A stretch of DNA of 41,484 nucleotides from a virus. Location of the stretch: positions 1 to 41,484 of IMG/VR virus record IMGVR_UViG_3300021399_000034. One strand, 5' to 3'. The stretch's first letter is position 1, and each line of letters begins with the position of its first letter. The position numbers and the translations under genes were made by a program. The notes under the pieces are model-generated. The model worked only from the letters and a program-made list of their open reading frames with translations. It searched no databases and was not told the DNA's origin. Positions 15,685 through 25,105 of the stretch are shown in pieces.

Positions 15685-17907
15685 ATGGCTACCAATGTTT
15701 TTGACCTTGTAGCAAAACTGACACTGGATTCCAGTGATTACGATAGCAAATTAAGTGGAGCGGAAAGTAAAGCAAATTCTTTCGGCTCTGTTCTTAGTGG
15801 TGGTCTGAGTACAGTTGCAAAAGTAGGTGCGGCGGCTGTGGGAGCGGCTACAACCGCAGTAGTGGGCTTTGCTAAAAAATCTCTTGATGCAGGTATGTCA
15901 TTTGATGCTTCAATGTCAAACGTATCTGCTATTTCAGGTGCGGTTGGAGCAGATTTTGATGCACTGCGAGACAAGGCTCAGGAAATGGGTGCGTCCACGA
16001 AGTTCACTGCTACCGAAGCCGCAGACGCAATGTCGTATATGGCTATGGCCGGTTGGAAAACTGGAGATATGCTTGATGGTATTTCAGGCATCATGAATCT
16101 TGCGGCGGCATCCGGTGAAGATTTGGCTTTGACATCTGATATTGTCACTGATGCATTGACTGGATTTGGTCTTAAAGCGTCTGACTCTGCTCATTTTGCT
16201 GATATTCTTGCGGCGGCATCAAGTAACGCAAATACGAATGTTTCGCTTATGGGCGAGACTTTCAAGTATGTTGCGCCTGTTGCAGGGAGCATGGGAATTA
16301 GCGCAGAAGATGCGGCTGAGAGCATTGGCTTGATTGCAAACGCAGGTATTAAAGGATCACAGGCAGGTACGTCATTGCGTTCGATCATCACAAGACTTGC
16401 TACTGATGCAGGAGCGTCAAGTAAATCTCTTGGCGCATTAGGAATCTTAACTGAAGAGTTAGGTGTTCAGTTTTATGACACCGAAGGAAACGTCAGAGAT
16501 TTTAGCGACATTCTTGATGAATCAAGGGTAAAGTGGCAACAGTTAAGCGATGAAGATGCTTCAACTTTTGCTAAAAAAATTGCAGGACAGGAAGGTATTT
16601 CTGCGTGGCTTGCATTGATGAACTCAGCCCCGGAAGATGTAGATAAATTACGAGAATCTATTGATCATTGTTCTGATTCGGCTGATGGATTCAACGGAAC
16701 TGCAGAACGTATGGCGGCTACAATGCAGGATAATCTGCAAGGATCAATTACGATTTTTCAGTCTGCTCTTGAGGGCGTTCAGATTGCATTTTCCGATATG
16801 GCTACGCCTGCGTTAAAGGAGTTTGTGGACATAGGGACAGAAGGTCTGTCAGGTGTGGCAGAAGCACTGAAGCAAGGTGATTTCAATGGCGCAATGGATG
16901 CTTTTGGGCAAGTTCTTTCTCAGGGACTTGCAATGATTACTGAAAAACTTCCTCAGTTTATGGATGCAGGAATGAAATTGCTTGAAGCGTTAGGACAGGG
17001 TATCATGCAGAATATTCCAATGCTTACGCAGACTGCAACGCAAATCATCCTTATGCTTGCGCAATTTATCATTACGAATTTGCCACAGCTTTTAACAGCG
17101 GCAATTCAGATTATAGTTACCTTAGTGCAGGGAATAGCACAGGCGTTACCACAGTTGATACCCGCCGCAGTACAAGCAATATTAACTATTGTTCAGACGT
17201 TAGTTGATAATTTCCCTATGATTATTGACGCGGCATTACAGTTAATAATTGCGTTTACAGAGGGCATTATCAATTCGCTACCTGAACTGATTGATAAAGT
17301 TCCAGAAATCATTATAGCGATTGTCGATACACTTGTCGAAAATTTCCCGAAGATTGTAGAAGCGGCATTTAAGCTAATCGTAGTACTCGCTACTGCGCTG
17401 ATTGACAATATTCCAGAGATTGTAAATGCAATTCTTAAAATCAGAGAAGAAATCAACGCAAAATTCCAAGAGATAGTCAGTCAAGCATTATCGTGGGGTG
17501 CTGATTTAATAAGCAATTTTGTTAGCGGTATTAAAAATGGCTTTGGCAAAATTAAATCCGCCATGTCTGGTTTGGCAAACGTGGTTAGAAGCCACATCCA
17601 TTTCTCGGAACCGGATGTCGGTCCGCTGTCTGACTTTCATACCTACGCGCCAGACATGATGAAACAGTTCGCCAAGGGAATTGACGAAAATCTTCCGCTC
17701 GTTGAAGACAGCATGAATCGAATGGGCAACATGATTCGTGGCAATATGCAGTTCAGCACAGAAGGCGTGAATCGTGGCGCAACGTACAACGGCGGTATTA
17801 CTATCAACGTATACGGTGCAGAGGGACAGAACGTTAGAGAACTGGCTCGTGAAATCGAGAAGATTTTCACATTGCAGGATAATCAGAGAAGGGCGGCTTA
17901 CGCATGA
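15685..17907 (+). CDS. Tape measure protein
   Basis: 740 aa, Ala/Gly-rich N-terminus, repeated helical LPQL/FPxI segments, located after the chaperone. Confidence 0.88.
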   Translation: MATNVFDLVAKLTLDSSDYDSKLSGAESKANSFGSVLSGGLSTVAKVGAAAVGAATTAVVGFAKKSLDAGMSFDASMSNVSAISGAVGADFDALRDKAQEMGASTKFTATEAADAMSYMAMAGWKTGDMLDGISGIMNLAAASGEDLALTSDIVTDALTGFGLKASDSAHFADILAAASSNANTNVSLMGETFKYVAPVAGSMGISAEDAAESIGLIANAGIKGSQAGTSLRSIITRLATDAGASSKSLGALGILTEELGVQFYDTEGNVRDFSDILDESRVKWQQLSDEDASTFAKKIAGQEGISAWLALMNSAPEDVDKLRESIDHCSDSADGFNGTAERMAATMQDNLQGSITIFQSALEGVQIAFSDMATPALKEFVDIGTEGLSGVAEALKQGDFNGAMDAFGQVLSQGLAMITEKLPQFMDAGMKLLEALGQGIMQNIPMLTQTATQIILMLAQFIITNLPQLLTAAIQIIVTLVQGIAQALPQLIPAAVQAILTIVQTLVDNFPMIIDAALQLIIAFTEGIINSLPELIDKVPEIIIAIVDTLVENFPKIVEAAFKLIVVLATALIDNIPEIVNAILKIREEINAKFQEIVSQALSWGADLISNFVSGIKNGFGKIKSAMSGLANVVRSHIHFSEPDVGPLSDFHTYAPDMMKQFAKGIDENLPLVEDSMNRMGNMIRGNMQFSTEGVNRGATYNGGITINVYGAEGQNVRELAREIEKIFTLQDNQRRAAYA

Positions 17908-18725
17908 GCAAAACAGGAAACAACATAATTTTCCGAAGCGTGGATTGGAGCAATCCAGATGATATTGTTGCTAATGCCAATGTTGATAGCGGTAGCGATT
18001 TAGTCGAACTAGATCCTGTTAAGGGCGGCATAATAACAAGAGGACATTCCAAAATTTATGTTTTCAGAAATGATCTACACACTTTCCCTGCTGAGTCATT
18101 CCAAACCATGCAGATCTATGGCAAAAACGGAGCCGTTCTTTTAAGCGATAGATATTTCAACAATGTTCGGATGATTTATGACGTTGTTATTACTGAAGAT
18201 TTTGCTACTGTTTACAGAGAGATGATGAACGCACTGGCGAAGGTGAGAGGATATGGTCTTTTGTATGACACCATAAACAAAGGGGAGTGGTACAAAGCGT
18301 GCTTTCATGAATCAACAACGCCAAAAGTTTCCCGAGATGGTAAAACGGCAAAATTTCAACTCGTCTTTGACAGAACGCCAGAGCGTTATACCGGAAGAGG
18401 ATACACAACTTTAAGAGTTATAAACAACACTGCAAACGGAACGATAGGAACAGGTTCTACGCTTCCACAGTATCCAATGTTTGTGATAAACAGCAATGGA
18501 AATACAACGCTTACAATCGGTAACAAATCTATTACAGTAACTGGCGTTATTGGCTCATTTGTTGTTGATTGTGAAACTCAGGAAGTTTATTACAAAGGGA
18601 ATAATTACAACAACAAAACAGTGTTGAACTCTTCGGAATTTCCTAGGTTAGACAGTAATGGCAGAGATGTCACTGTGACGGGCGTTAATTCAGTTCTTTG
18701 CATTGCAAAAAGCTATAGACTATGA
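17904..18725 (+). CDS. Distal tail protein (Dit, putative)
   Basis: 273 aa, ATGA overlap with the tape-measure gene. The call rests on position. Confidence 0.6.
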   Translation: MSKTGNNIIFRSVDWSNPDDIVANANVDSGSDLVELDPVKGGIITRGHSKIYVFRNDLHTFPAESFQTMQIYGKNGAVLLSDRYFNNVRMIYDVVITEDFATVYREMMNALAKVRGYGLLYDTINKGEWYKACFHESTTPKVSRDGKTAKFQLVFDRTPERYTGRGYTTLRVINNTANGTIGTGSTLPQYPMFVINSNGNTTLTIGNKSITVTGVIGSFVVDCETQEVYYKGNNYNNKTVLNSSEFPRLDSNGRDVTVTGVNSVLCIAKSYRL

Positions 18726-20944
18726 ATCCTATACTTTACCCCAAAGGAACAATACAATTTAATACAAACGGCATCGGCAGAATTCACTGCACAAGGGCGA
18801 TCTGCATCGAAGAGCGGAATGGCATCTATGAAGTGGAGTTTGATGTGCCGATTACTGACACGCACTATTCTGAGATTCAAGAAGGAATGATCGTGGCGTG
18901 TTGGCATGACGAAACCAAAACGCTTCAGCCGTTTGACATTTACAAACGTTCTGCACCTATTGGCGGCGTTGTTACGTTTTATGCTCATCATATTAGCTAT
19001 AGACTTGCCCACACGATTCTCGAACCATTTACGGCGTCTTCTGTAACACAAGCGTTCGCCACATTCGGATACCATTCCGTAACGGATAATGGTTTCACTT
19101 TTTGGACTGACAAAACAACCGCGGGAACTTTCACCGTCCATGTTCCTGTCAGTATTAAAGAAATACTTGGTGGTGTAGACGGTTCAATTTTGGATGTTTA
19201 TGGCGGCGGTGAATACGAGTGGGATGGCTTCACAGTCAAACTGCATCAGAATAGAGGACAGGATAACGGCGTAAGAATTGTTTATGGGAAAAACCTCACC
19301 AATCTTGTCCATGATTATGATATTAGCACGGTGTTTAACGCAGTTGCTCCGTTTTGGCGTTCAAACAACGAAGACGAAGAAATAGTTGTAACACTTCCAG
19401 AACATTATGTCGCGTTAAACGGAGTGACTGAAATTATAGCGGTACCGCTTGATTTGTCCGGTGAATTCCAAGAACAGCCAACTATTGAGCAGGTGCGAAA
19501 TCGTGCAAGAAAGTATCTGGAAAGCACAGAAGCAAAAGACCCGAATGAAAATATAACAGTCGAGTTTGCGCAGTTATGGCAGACCGCAGGATATGAGAAT
19601 TTTGCGGCGTTGCAGAGAGTTTCGCTGTGCGATACAGTAACTGTCTCGTATCCGGACCTCGGGCTGACCGAAGTTAAGAAAAAGGTCATTCGAACGGAGT
19701 ACAACATCCTCGCCGAACGATATGACCGCATGGAACTTGGTACAGCAAGAACCAATTTTTCAGAAGTAATGAAGGCGCAGATTGCGGATGCAATCATGCA
19801 AAGAGTTCCAACTATAACGTTTCTGCGCAATGCTTTAAAAACAGCAACAGACCTCATTAAGGGCGGCAAGGGCGGCCATGTAGTTATTAATACAGACGCT
19901 GACGGACATCCGAACGAGATTCTAATCATGGACACTGATAACATTCAAACGGCTGTGAATGTTATCAGAATGAACATGAACGGAATTGCTTTTTCCAATA
20001 GCGGTTATGATCCAGAAGCATTTGTGACCGCGTGGACGATAGACGGCGGTTTCAATGCCAATTTCATCAATTCTGGCTCGGTCACTGCGGACATCCTGAA
20101 AGGCGGCATTATAACCGACCTCAAGGGTAAAAACTACTGGAATCTGACCACTGGTGATATTTCAATTTCTCTTGACCCTGGAGAAATCGGAGCGGTCACG
20201 ACTGCTGACTTGGAACGGGTTCAGAACAACGCCAAGACATACGCCAATCAAGCAAAACTTGATGCGATTTCAGAGATCGAAACAGAACTGGAAGACTATG
20301 ACACATCCACAGTAATCAACGGCAAAATCACTGCAAACAACCAACAGCTTATCTCACAGTTTTCAAACACATATGTCCAGAAAGGAATGGCGGTTGCAAG
20401 CTATGTAAATTGGTACTACAACTCAGCATCACCAACGCGTTTGATCGGTGGGGAATGGACGACAACGCCGCCCACATGGGAAAACGCAAATTACATCTGG
20501 GAACGTGTTCAAACTAACTATGCTGATGGCACGGACGAATACAGCGATCCTGTCTGCGTACAAGGGAAAACAGGAGCGACAGGAGCGACAGGAGCGGCAG
20601 GAGAAAATGCACTTGTTGGATACGTCCTACCAGATTCTGGCGTGAATATAAGCAAGGACGAGTCAAAAACAATCCTGCTGACTGCTATCGTTACTGACTA
20701 CACAGGCGAAGACCTCGACCCAAAAGGAAATATTTATCACTATCGGTGGTTCGTAAAACCAGATGCGAAGTCAGAGAGAACGCTTAATGCAGGAAAAACA
20801 AAAAGCATAGTTGTGGACGCAAACTTCTGTACAGACAGAGCATTAGTGTGGTTTGAGTGGGCAGATGCGTTCTTCCTTTATGCAGAGAACGACGAAATGA
20901 TACTCATGTCCGAAGATGGTGAGTATCTGTTGGAGATGGAATAG
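18722..20944 (+). CDS. Tail-associated protein (Tal / prophage tail endopeptidase-type N-terminus) with a short collagen-like GXY run
   Basis: 740 aa, ATGA overlap with Dit. The N-terminus MNPILYPKG...NGIG is typical of siphovirus Tal. It contains GKTGATGATGAAGEN. Confidence 0.7.
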   Translation: MNPILYPKGTIQFNTNGIGRIHCTRAICIEERNGIYEVEFDVPITDTHYSEIQEGMIVACWHDETKTLQPFDIYKRSAPIGGVVTFYAHHISYRLAHTILEPFTASSVTQAFATFGYHSVTDNGFTFWTDKTTAGTFTVHVPVSIKEILGGVDGSILDVYGGGEYEWDGFTVKLHQNRGQDNGVRIVYGKNLTNLVHDYDISTVFNAVAPFWRSNNEDEEIVVTLPEHYVALNGVTEIIAVPLDLSGEFQEQPTIEQVRNRARKYLESTEAKDPNENITVEFAQLWQTAGYENFAALQRVSLCDTVTVSYPDLGLTEVKKKVIRTEYNILAERYDRMELGTARTNFSEVMKAQIADAIMQRVPTITFLRNALKTATDLIKGGKGGHVVINTDADGHPNEILIMDTDNIQTAVNVIRMNMNGIAFSNSGYDPEAFVTAWTIDGGFNANFINSGSVTADILKGGIITDLKGKNYWNLTTGDISISLDPGEIGAVTTADLERVQNNAKTYANQAKLDAISEIETELEDYDTSTVINGKITANNQQLISQFSNTYVQKGMAVASYVNWYYNSASPTRLIGGEWTTTPPTWENANYIWERVQTNYADGTDEYSDPVCVQGKTGATGATGAAGENALVGYVLPDSGVNISKDESKTILLTAIVTDYTGEDLDPKGNIYHYRWFVKPDAKSERTLNAGKTKSIVVDANFCTDRALVWFEWADAFFLYAENDEMILMSEDGEYLLEME
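20570..20596 (+). repeat. Three perfect tandem copies of the 9-bp unit ACAGGAGCG (encoding GXY triplets)
   Basis: Copies at 20570-20578, 20579-20587 and 20588-20596, followed by a degenerate fourth copy GCAGGAGAA. Confidence 0.9.
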
Positions 20945-22378
20945 ATGAAATCACAACCTCTAAGCATATCGAGATACAGTAATGGAACACTGGTAAAATT
21001 GAGCGTCAGCGATTCCGCTTTTGTGTCTTACGATTTCGACCCCGAAAACAACACAGGGACATATACGCCCACAAGCATCACAATCACGCCCACTTTTTCT
21101 GGCGGCGTGAAGTTTGGCTCATGGAGGTATTCAACAGACGGAGCGACTTTCCGGAACATTGTTAGTGGTCAGCACGGTTTCACGATAAACGGTGGAGCGG
21201 TCATTCTGGCGGCTACAAGTGACCTTTACGCAACGACGAACAGTGCAGTGATTGTGGCGTGTGTTGGAGATGATCCAACCTACTTTGATACGGTCACTAT
21301 CATGCGATATGTAGACCCGACATTCGTGTTCCGTCAGACCTCTACCGCAATCAAACAAACGAACGACAAAATCTCGTTGATTGCTACTGATGAACAACTT
21401 GAAAAATACGGACAGAATTTCACTGTTCTCGATGATTTACAAGCGCAGATTGACGTAATGCCGAGCCAGATTTCCCTTGCGGTGTCGCAGGAACACACTA
21501 TCATCACAGGAGAGATGAATAGTGCGCTGGCTGAGTATGCGACACTGGAAACGATGGAATCCAGACTGACAATGACAGCGGGTTCAATCATGTCCACGGT
21601 TAGTCAGAAAGTGGGAAAAGATGAAATAATTTCAAGTATCAATCAGTCTGCGGAATCAATAAAGATTAATGCAAACAAGGTAAATATCACTGGTTTTGTC
21701 ACGTTCGACAACCTCAAGAACAGCGGTGAGACCACTATCAATGGTTCGAATATTACGACGGGAAAGATTCATGATGCCAATAACAACATGGTTTTGGATC
21801 TGTCCACAGGAGCAATCACAGCCAAGAAATTATCAGTTATATCCACTTATTTTACCTTGCTGGAAAATGGATATTGTTATTGGGGCGGCATTACTGGAAG
21901 TAAGATAGGCATTGAAAATGGAATCATAAGAGGGTACTGGAGCAACACACCAACTGGTAGTTATATAGACTGTACATCATCATATAAAATCCGGGCGAGT
22001 AGGTTTTTCGTTGCGGAAGGAGCGTCATCAGACCTCCGTTTCCACCAAGTTGCAACAAAAGAAGAAACAGTTGTAACAAGTGTTTCTAATGGATATGATA
22101 CAAAAGAAAATGTTATCGGCAGTGTTAGTTTTAATGCAGGGTCATGCACTGCGTATACAACTACAATTTACTATAAAAATCAGTATGGTGGTAATGCTTG
22201 GACAACTGTTGTTACCGGAATAAATTACCGTGCACCATCTTTGCTGTCATACAGTAAGAGCGTCGTTACTGCAAGCGGTAAAGCATCCGGCTCAACGAAA
22301 ACAATTCGAGTATTCTATGGCACACCTATTGAAAGGCATCTGGTTGTGGACGGCGGCATTGTAACTGGGTTTACATAA
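20945..22378 (+). CDS. Tail fibre / baseplate-associated structural protein
   Basis: 477 aa, follows Tal, with a coiled-coil middle region and TTINGSNITTGKI-type fibre motifs. Confidence 0.55.
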   Translation: MKSQPLSISRYSNGTLVKLSVSDSAFVSYDFDPENNTGTYTPTSITITPTFSGGVKFGSWRYSTDGATFRNIVSGQHGFTINGGAVILAATSDLYATTNSAVIVACVGDDPTYFDTVTIMRYVDPTFVFRQTSTAIKQTNDKISLIATDEQLEKYGQNFTVLDDLQAQIDVMPSQISLAVSQEHTIITGEMNSALAEYATLETMESRLTMTAGSIMSTVSQKVGKDEIISSINQSAESIKINANKVNITGFVTFDNLKNSGETTINGSNITTGKIHDANNNMVLDLSTGAITAKKLSVISTYFTLLENGYCYWGGITGSKIGIENGIIRGYWSNTPTGSYIDCTSSYKIRASRFFVAEGASSDLRFHQVATKEETVVTSVSNGYDTKENVIGSVSFNAGSCTAYTTTIYYKNQYGGNAWTTVVTGINYRAPSLLSYSKSVVTASGKASGSTKTIRVFYGTPIERHLVVDGGIVTGFT

Positions 22379-22388
22379 GGAGATGGTT

Positions 22389-22649
22389 ATGAAAAAGTGG
22401 ATTTATCCAATGGGAAAATTTGAAAAACATTCTGTGTCATGGCATTGTACACTCGTATCATTTGATCATCCAGACACTATACAGTGTGCAAATTGTGGAA
22501 AAGAAGTAGTTTTTACAAATTCTTACATGAGCCATGCGATTCAGCCAGATGAGCAGAATTATGGTGACAGTCCTTCGTTCGCAATTTGTCCAGATTGTGC
22601 GAAGGAGGAAATGGAAGGAGAAAAGAAATGGATGTATCACTCAATGTAG
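22389..22649 (+). CDS. Small Cys-rich (zinc-ribbon-like) protein
   Basis: CANCGKE ... CPDC. The second ATG (22389) has proper spacing from the SD AAGGAG (22377-22382), whereas the ATG at 22383 abuts the SD. Confidence 0.5.
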   Translation: MKKWIYPMGKFEKHSVSWHCTLVSFDHPDTIQCANCGKEVVFTNSYMSHAIQPDEQNYGDSPSFAICPDCAKEEMEGEKKWMYHSM

Positions 22650-22882
22650 CAGTTCAGCTTGCCCGAAATGAAATCAAAAATACCATCTCAAAAATTAAAA
22701 GCACATACAAACTGCCATCGTATATCGTGGACGGTATTCTGTCTGAATCTGTTGCTGAAATACGAAGTCGAGAACAGGCAGAAATAAGCAGTGACATCAT
22801 GCAGATGTATATGGAAAAGGAAGGAGAAGTAGAAGATGGCGAATGCAGGAGCAAAACTGAGTTCGTTCCCAGAAGTGAATGA
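22628..22882 (+). CDS. Hypothetical protein (84 aa)
   Basis: ATG 22628 preceded by the SD AAGGAG (22615-22620). The ORF-track start at 22586 is TTG without an SD. Confidence 0.5.
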   Translation: MDVSLNVAVQLARNEIKNTISKIKSTYKLPSYIVDGILSESVAEIRSREQAEISSDIMQMYMEKEGEVEDGECRSKTEFVPRSE

Positions 22883-24548
22883 TATTCAAACAGGGGATAT
22901 GTTTCCTTTGCTTAGTGACGGCAACACGAACGCAAAAATCAACTATTCCACACTTGCAAGGGCAATCATTGCAAAACTGAAAAGTGAAGATGTAGTTCAG
23001 ACGCAGACCAACAACGCTAACAAACTGATTTCTGCGGCACTGGCTTACTCGATGAATCAGAGCATCCTGCAACTGGAAGATGCAGCCGCAAAGAACGCGG
23101 CATGGACAACTGAACAGCATATTATCACGGAGTTTATTCTGGGGCGGACCGGGAAAGTTTACCGGACACGTTTTTACAAACATAATGTAAACACTTCTTC
23201 GTCCGGCACAAAGCTGGACGCCAACAAAGGCCTAGTTTGCGAGCCGTCTTCCAGCACCACGGAGGGGAGAGACGATTATGCAGACATCCCGTCGTTTAAG
23301 TGGTATCGCTGCAATTATGTATGTGAAAGCGACGGATTTAAGCGAATCACCGCGCTTGAAGGAGCTCCAGGCTACGCTACAGATGGGGCCGTTGACGTTG
23401 GCACGCTGCACCCAACATTCTACTGGGGTGTAGATAAACACGATGATTACTACGACATTATTTACTCCGATACGCCCCACGAAGACCTCGGCTTAAAAGC
23501 GTGGAAAGACGCGTTACGCGGGGACGGCGTTACGGTTATGCCCTACTGGATCGAATCGTCATATGCGTCAGTTATCGCGCCTGACGGCCTGCTGAGGTCT
23601 CAGCCCGGCAAGGCTCCCGCGTATAACCAGTCATACAATAATATGATCACGAATTACCAGAAAAAGGGAGCAGGATACTGGGGAGCCGGAATAGCACGTA
23701 ATACGTATGCAATCATTATGATGGCGATCAAGTACGCCACCAAGAACAGCCAGTCTGTTATGCAGGGGTGCTGCGCGTATAATACTCAGGCTACCTGCGC
23801 CGTAGCAGAGACCGGCGTAAAGCGCGTAATAATTGCTTCACAGGGCGATTTTATCGCAGGCGGATGCGTGTCGGTCGGAGTAGCAAATGGCACCAGCACA
23901 GACCGCGGGTTAAATTCGATTAGTTCTATCGCCAACCGCGTATTGATAAAATCCATCGAAACCGTAACAGTAGACGGGAAGGATTATATTGCGCTTAATT
24001 TAGATATCGATGGCACGATAGACACGACAACCAGCACATACGTGTCTACGATGCCGCAGTATACCGGGACAACCGACGCCGTAATCGGGCACCACGACGG
24101 CCAGGCGGTGATCGACGGGAAACACACGCTGCGCATACAGGGGCAGGAATACATGTGGGGGCAGTATGTAATTGCGTCCGATGCGGTCATGGATTTCCAG
24201 AGCGACTATTCCAAAAACGTATATGTGTACCCAATGGGCACCAAGCACTTGCAAAACAGCTATTCCGGCGCGGCTCTTGTAGGGAATATTCCGAATAATG
24301 GCGGAAGCGACTGGTGGATCGGAGATATGGATTTCGACCCTGCAAGCGGTGCGGCATATCCGAAAACCATCGGAACAGGCGATTCTGTTGGGTGTGGAGA
24401 CAGAGTTTATTCCGGAGGGAAAAACAGTGGGACTCGCGAATATCTTATGAACGCGACCCTCGGGGACGGCTCGAACGCCGGTTTGTGCCTGGTGAGCTGC
24501 TGGATCGGGCTCGGGGACGCGCGCTGGAACTTCGCCTCTTGCGATTGA
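22836..24548 (+). CDS. Tail fibre / receptor-binding protein (putative), GC-rich relative to its neighbours
   Basis: 570 aa. The N-terminus MANAGAKLSSFPEVNDIQTGDMFPLLSDGNTNAKINYSTLA resembles conserved fibre/spike anchor motifs. Confidence 0.55.
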   Translation: MANAGAKLSSFPEVNDIQTGDMFPLLSDGNTNAKINYSTLARAIIAKLKSEDVVQTQTNNANKLISAALAYSMNQSILQLEDAAAKNAAWTTEQHIITEFILGRTGKVYRTRFYKHNVNTSSSGTKLDANKGLVCEPSSSTTEGRDDYADIPSFKWYRCNYVCESDGFKRITALEGAPGYATDGAVDVGTLHPTFYWGVDKHDDYYDIIYSDTPHEDLGLKAWKDALRGDGVTVMPYWIESSYASVIAPDGLLRSQPGKAPAYNQSYNNMITNYQKKGAGYWGAGIARNTYAIIMMAIKYATKNSQSVMQGCCAYNTQATCAVAETGVKRVIIASQGDFIAGGCVSVGVANGTSTDRGLNSISSIANRVLIKSIETVTVDGKDYIALNLDIDGTIDTTTSTYVSTMPQYTGTTDAVIGHHDGQAVIDGKHTLRIQGQEYMWGQYVIASDAVMDFQSDYSKNVYVYPMGTKHLQNSYSGAALVGNIPNNGGSDWWIGDMDFDPASGAAYPKTIGTGDSVGCGDRVYSGGKNSGTREYLMNATLGDGSNAGLCLVSCWIGLGDARWNFASCD

Positions 24549-24659
24549 TTATATCTTTGTTGGGGGTGAATGCCGCGTAGCGGCAGAGGGGCACTCCCCT
24601 TTCAGAAAAAAAGTACCATGTAAAACAACAGGTGCGGAAAGCAAAGAGGATTATTAGCC

Positions 24660-24974
24660 ATGAAAGCAATATTCAGCAGCAGGCAGAACGCAGTAAAGGC
24701 CACAACAATCGGAGGACGAACAACTGTTCAGATCTGCCTGAACGAGGAAAAGAAAAACATTGAAAATCCGGAAACCGGAACAGTAGAGGTTGAATATGTT
24801 TATGACTTCAACGAATGGACGGCGGAAAACGTAAATGTTAATGCGGTAAAAAAAGACCCAGAATCCTATATCAACTTCATTCCTGACCCAGAACCGTCGG
24901 AAGAGGATAGGCTGGATCAGAGAATTTCTGACTTGGAAGAAATGGTTGCAGATGCAATAGGAGGAGCGCAATGA
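24660..24974 (+). CDS. Hypothetical protein (104 aa)
   Basis: An ORF with the SD AAAGAGGA, located between the fibre gene and the XkdX-like gene. Confidence 0.55.
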   Translation: MKAIFSSRQNAVKATTIGGRTTVQICLNEEKKNIENPETGTVEVEYVYDFNEWTAENVNVNAVKKDPESYINFIPDPEPSEEDRLDQRISDLEEMVADAIGGAQ

Positions 24975-25105
24975 CAGCAAAAATCAGGGTTATGATACGG
25001 GTAGCCGGGAGAAGAATCGACGCAGGAGAAAACATAGAGGATGTCCTTGCTGGGTGGCCAAAGCTGTCCGAAGAGGAAAAGCAGGAGATACGAGATGCGG
25101 TATGA
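24971..25105 (+). CDS. XkdX-like small protein (44 aa)
   Basis: MTAKIRVMIRVAGRRIDAGENIEDVLAGWPKLSEEEKQEIRDAV. ATGA overlap with the upstream gene. Its size and position before the lysis genes fit XkdX-type genes. It is below the ORF-track cutoff. Confidence 0.45.
   Translation: MTAKIRVMIRVAGRRIDAGENIEDVLAGWPKLSEEEKQEIRDAV

Noticed and set aside
16980-17460. Repetitive helical segments (LPQL, FPxI, IIxxL periodicity) in the tape-measure gene as a novel repeat
   Set aside because: Periodic helical repeats are a normal property of tape-measure proteins, and the DNA copies are not exact.
24571-24600. Two adjacent GC hairpins (TGCCGCGTAGCGGCA and AGGGGCACTCCCCT) as a rho-independent terminator after the fibre gene
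   Set aside because: Only two T residues follow the second stem (the sequence continues TTCAGAAAAAAAG), so it lacks a U-tract. I kept it only as part of the GGGG-N4-CCCC observation.
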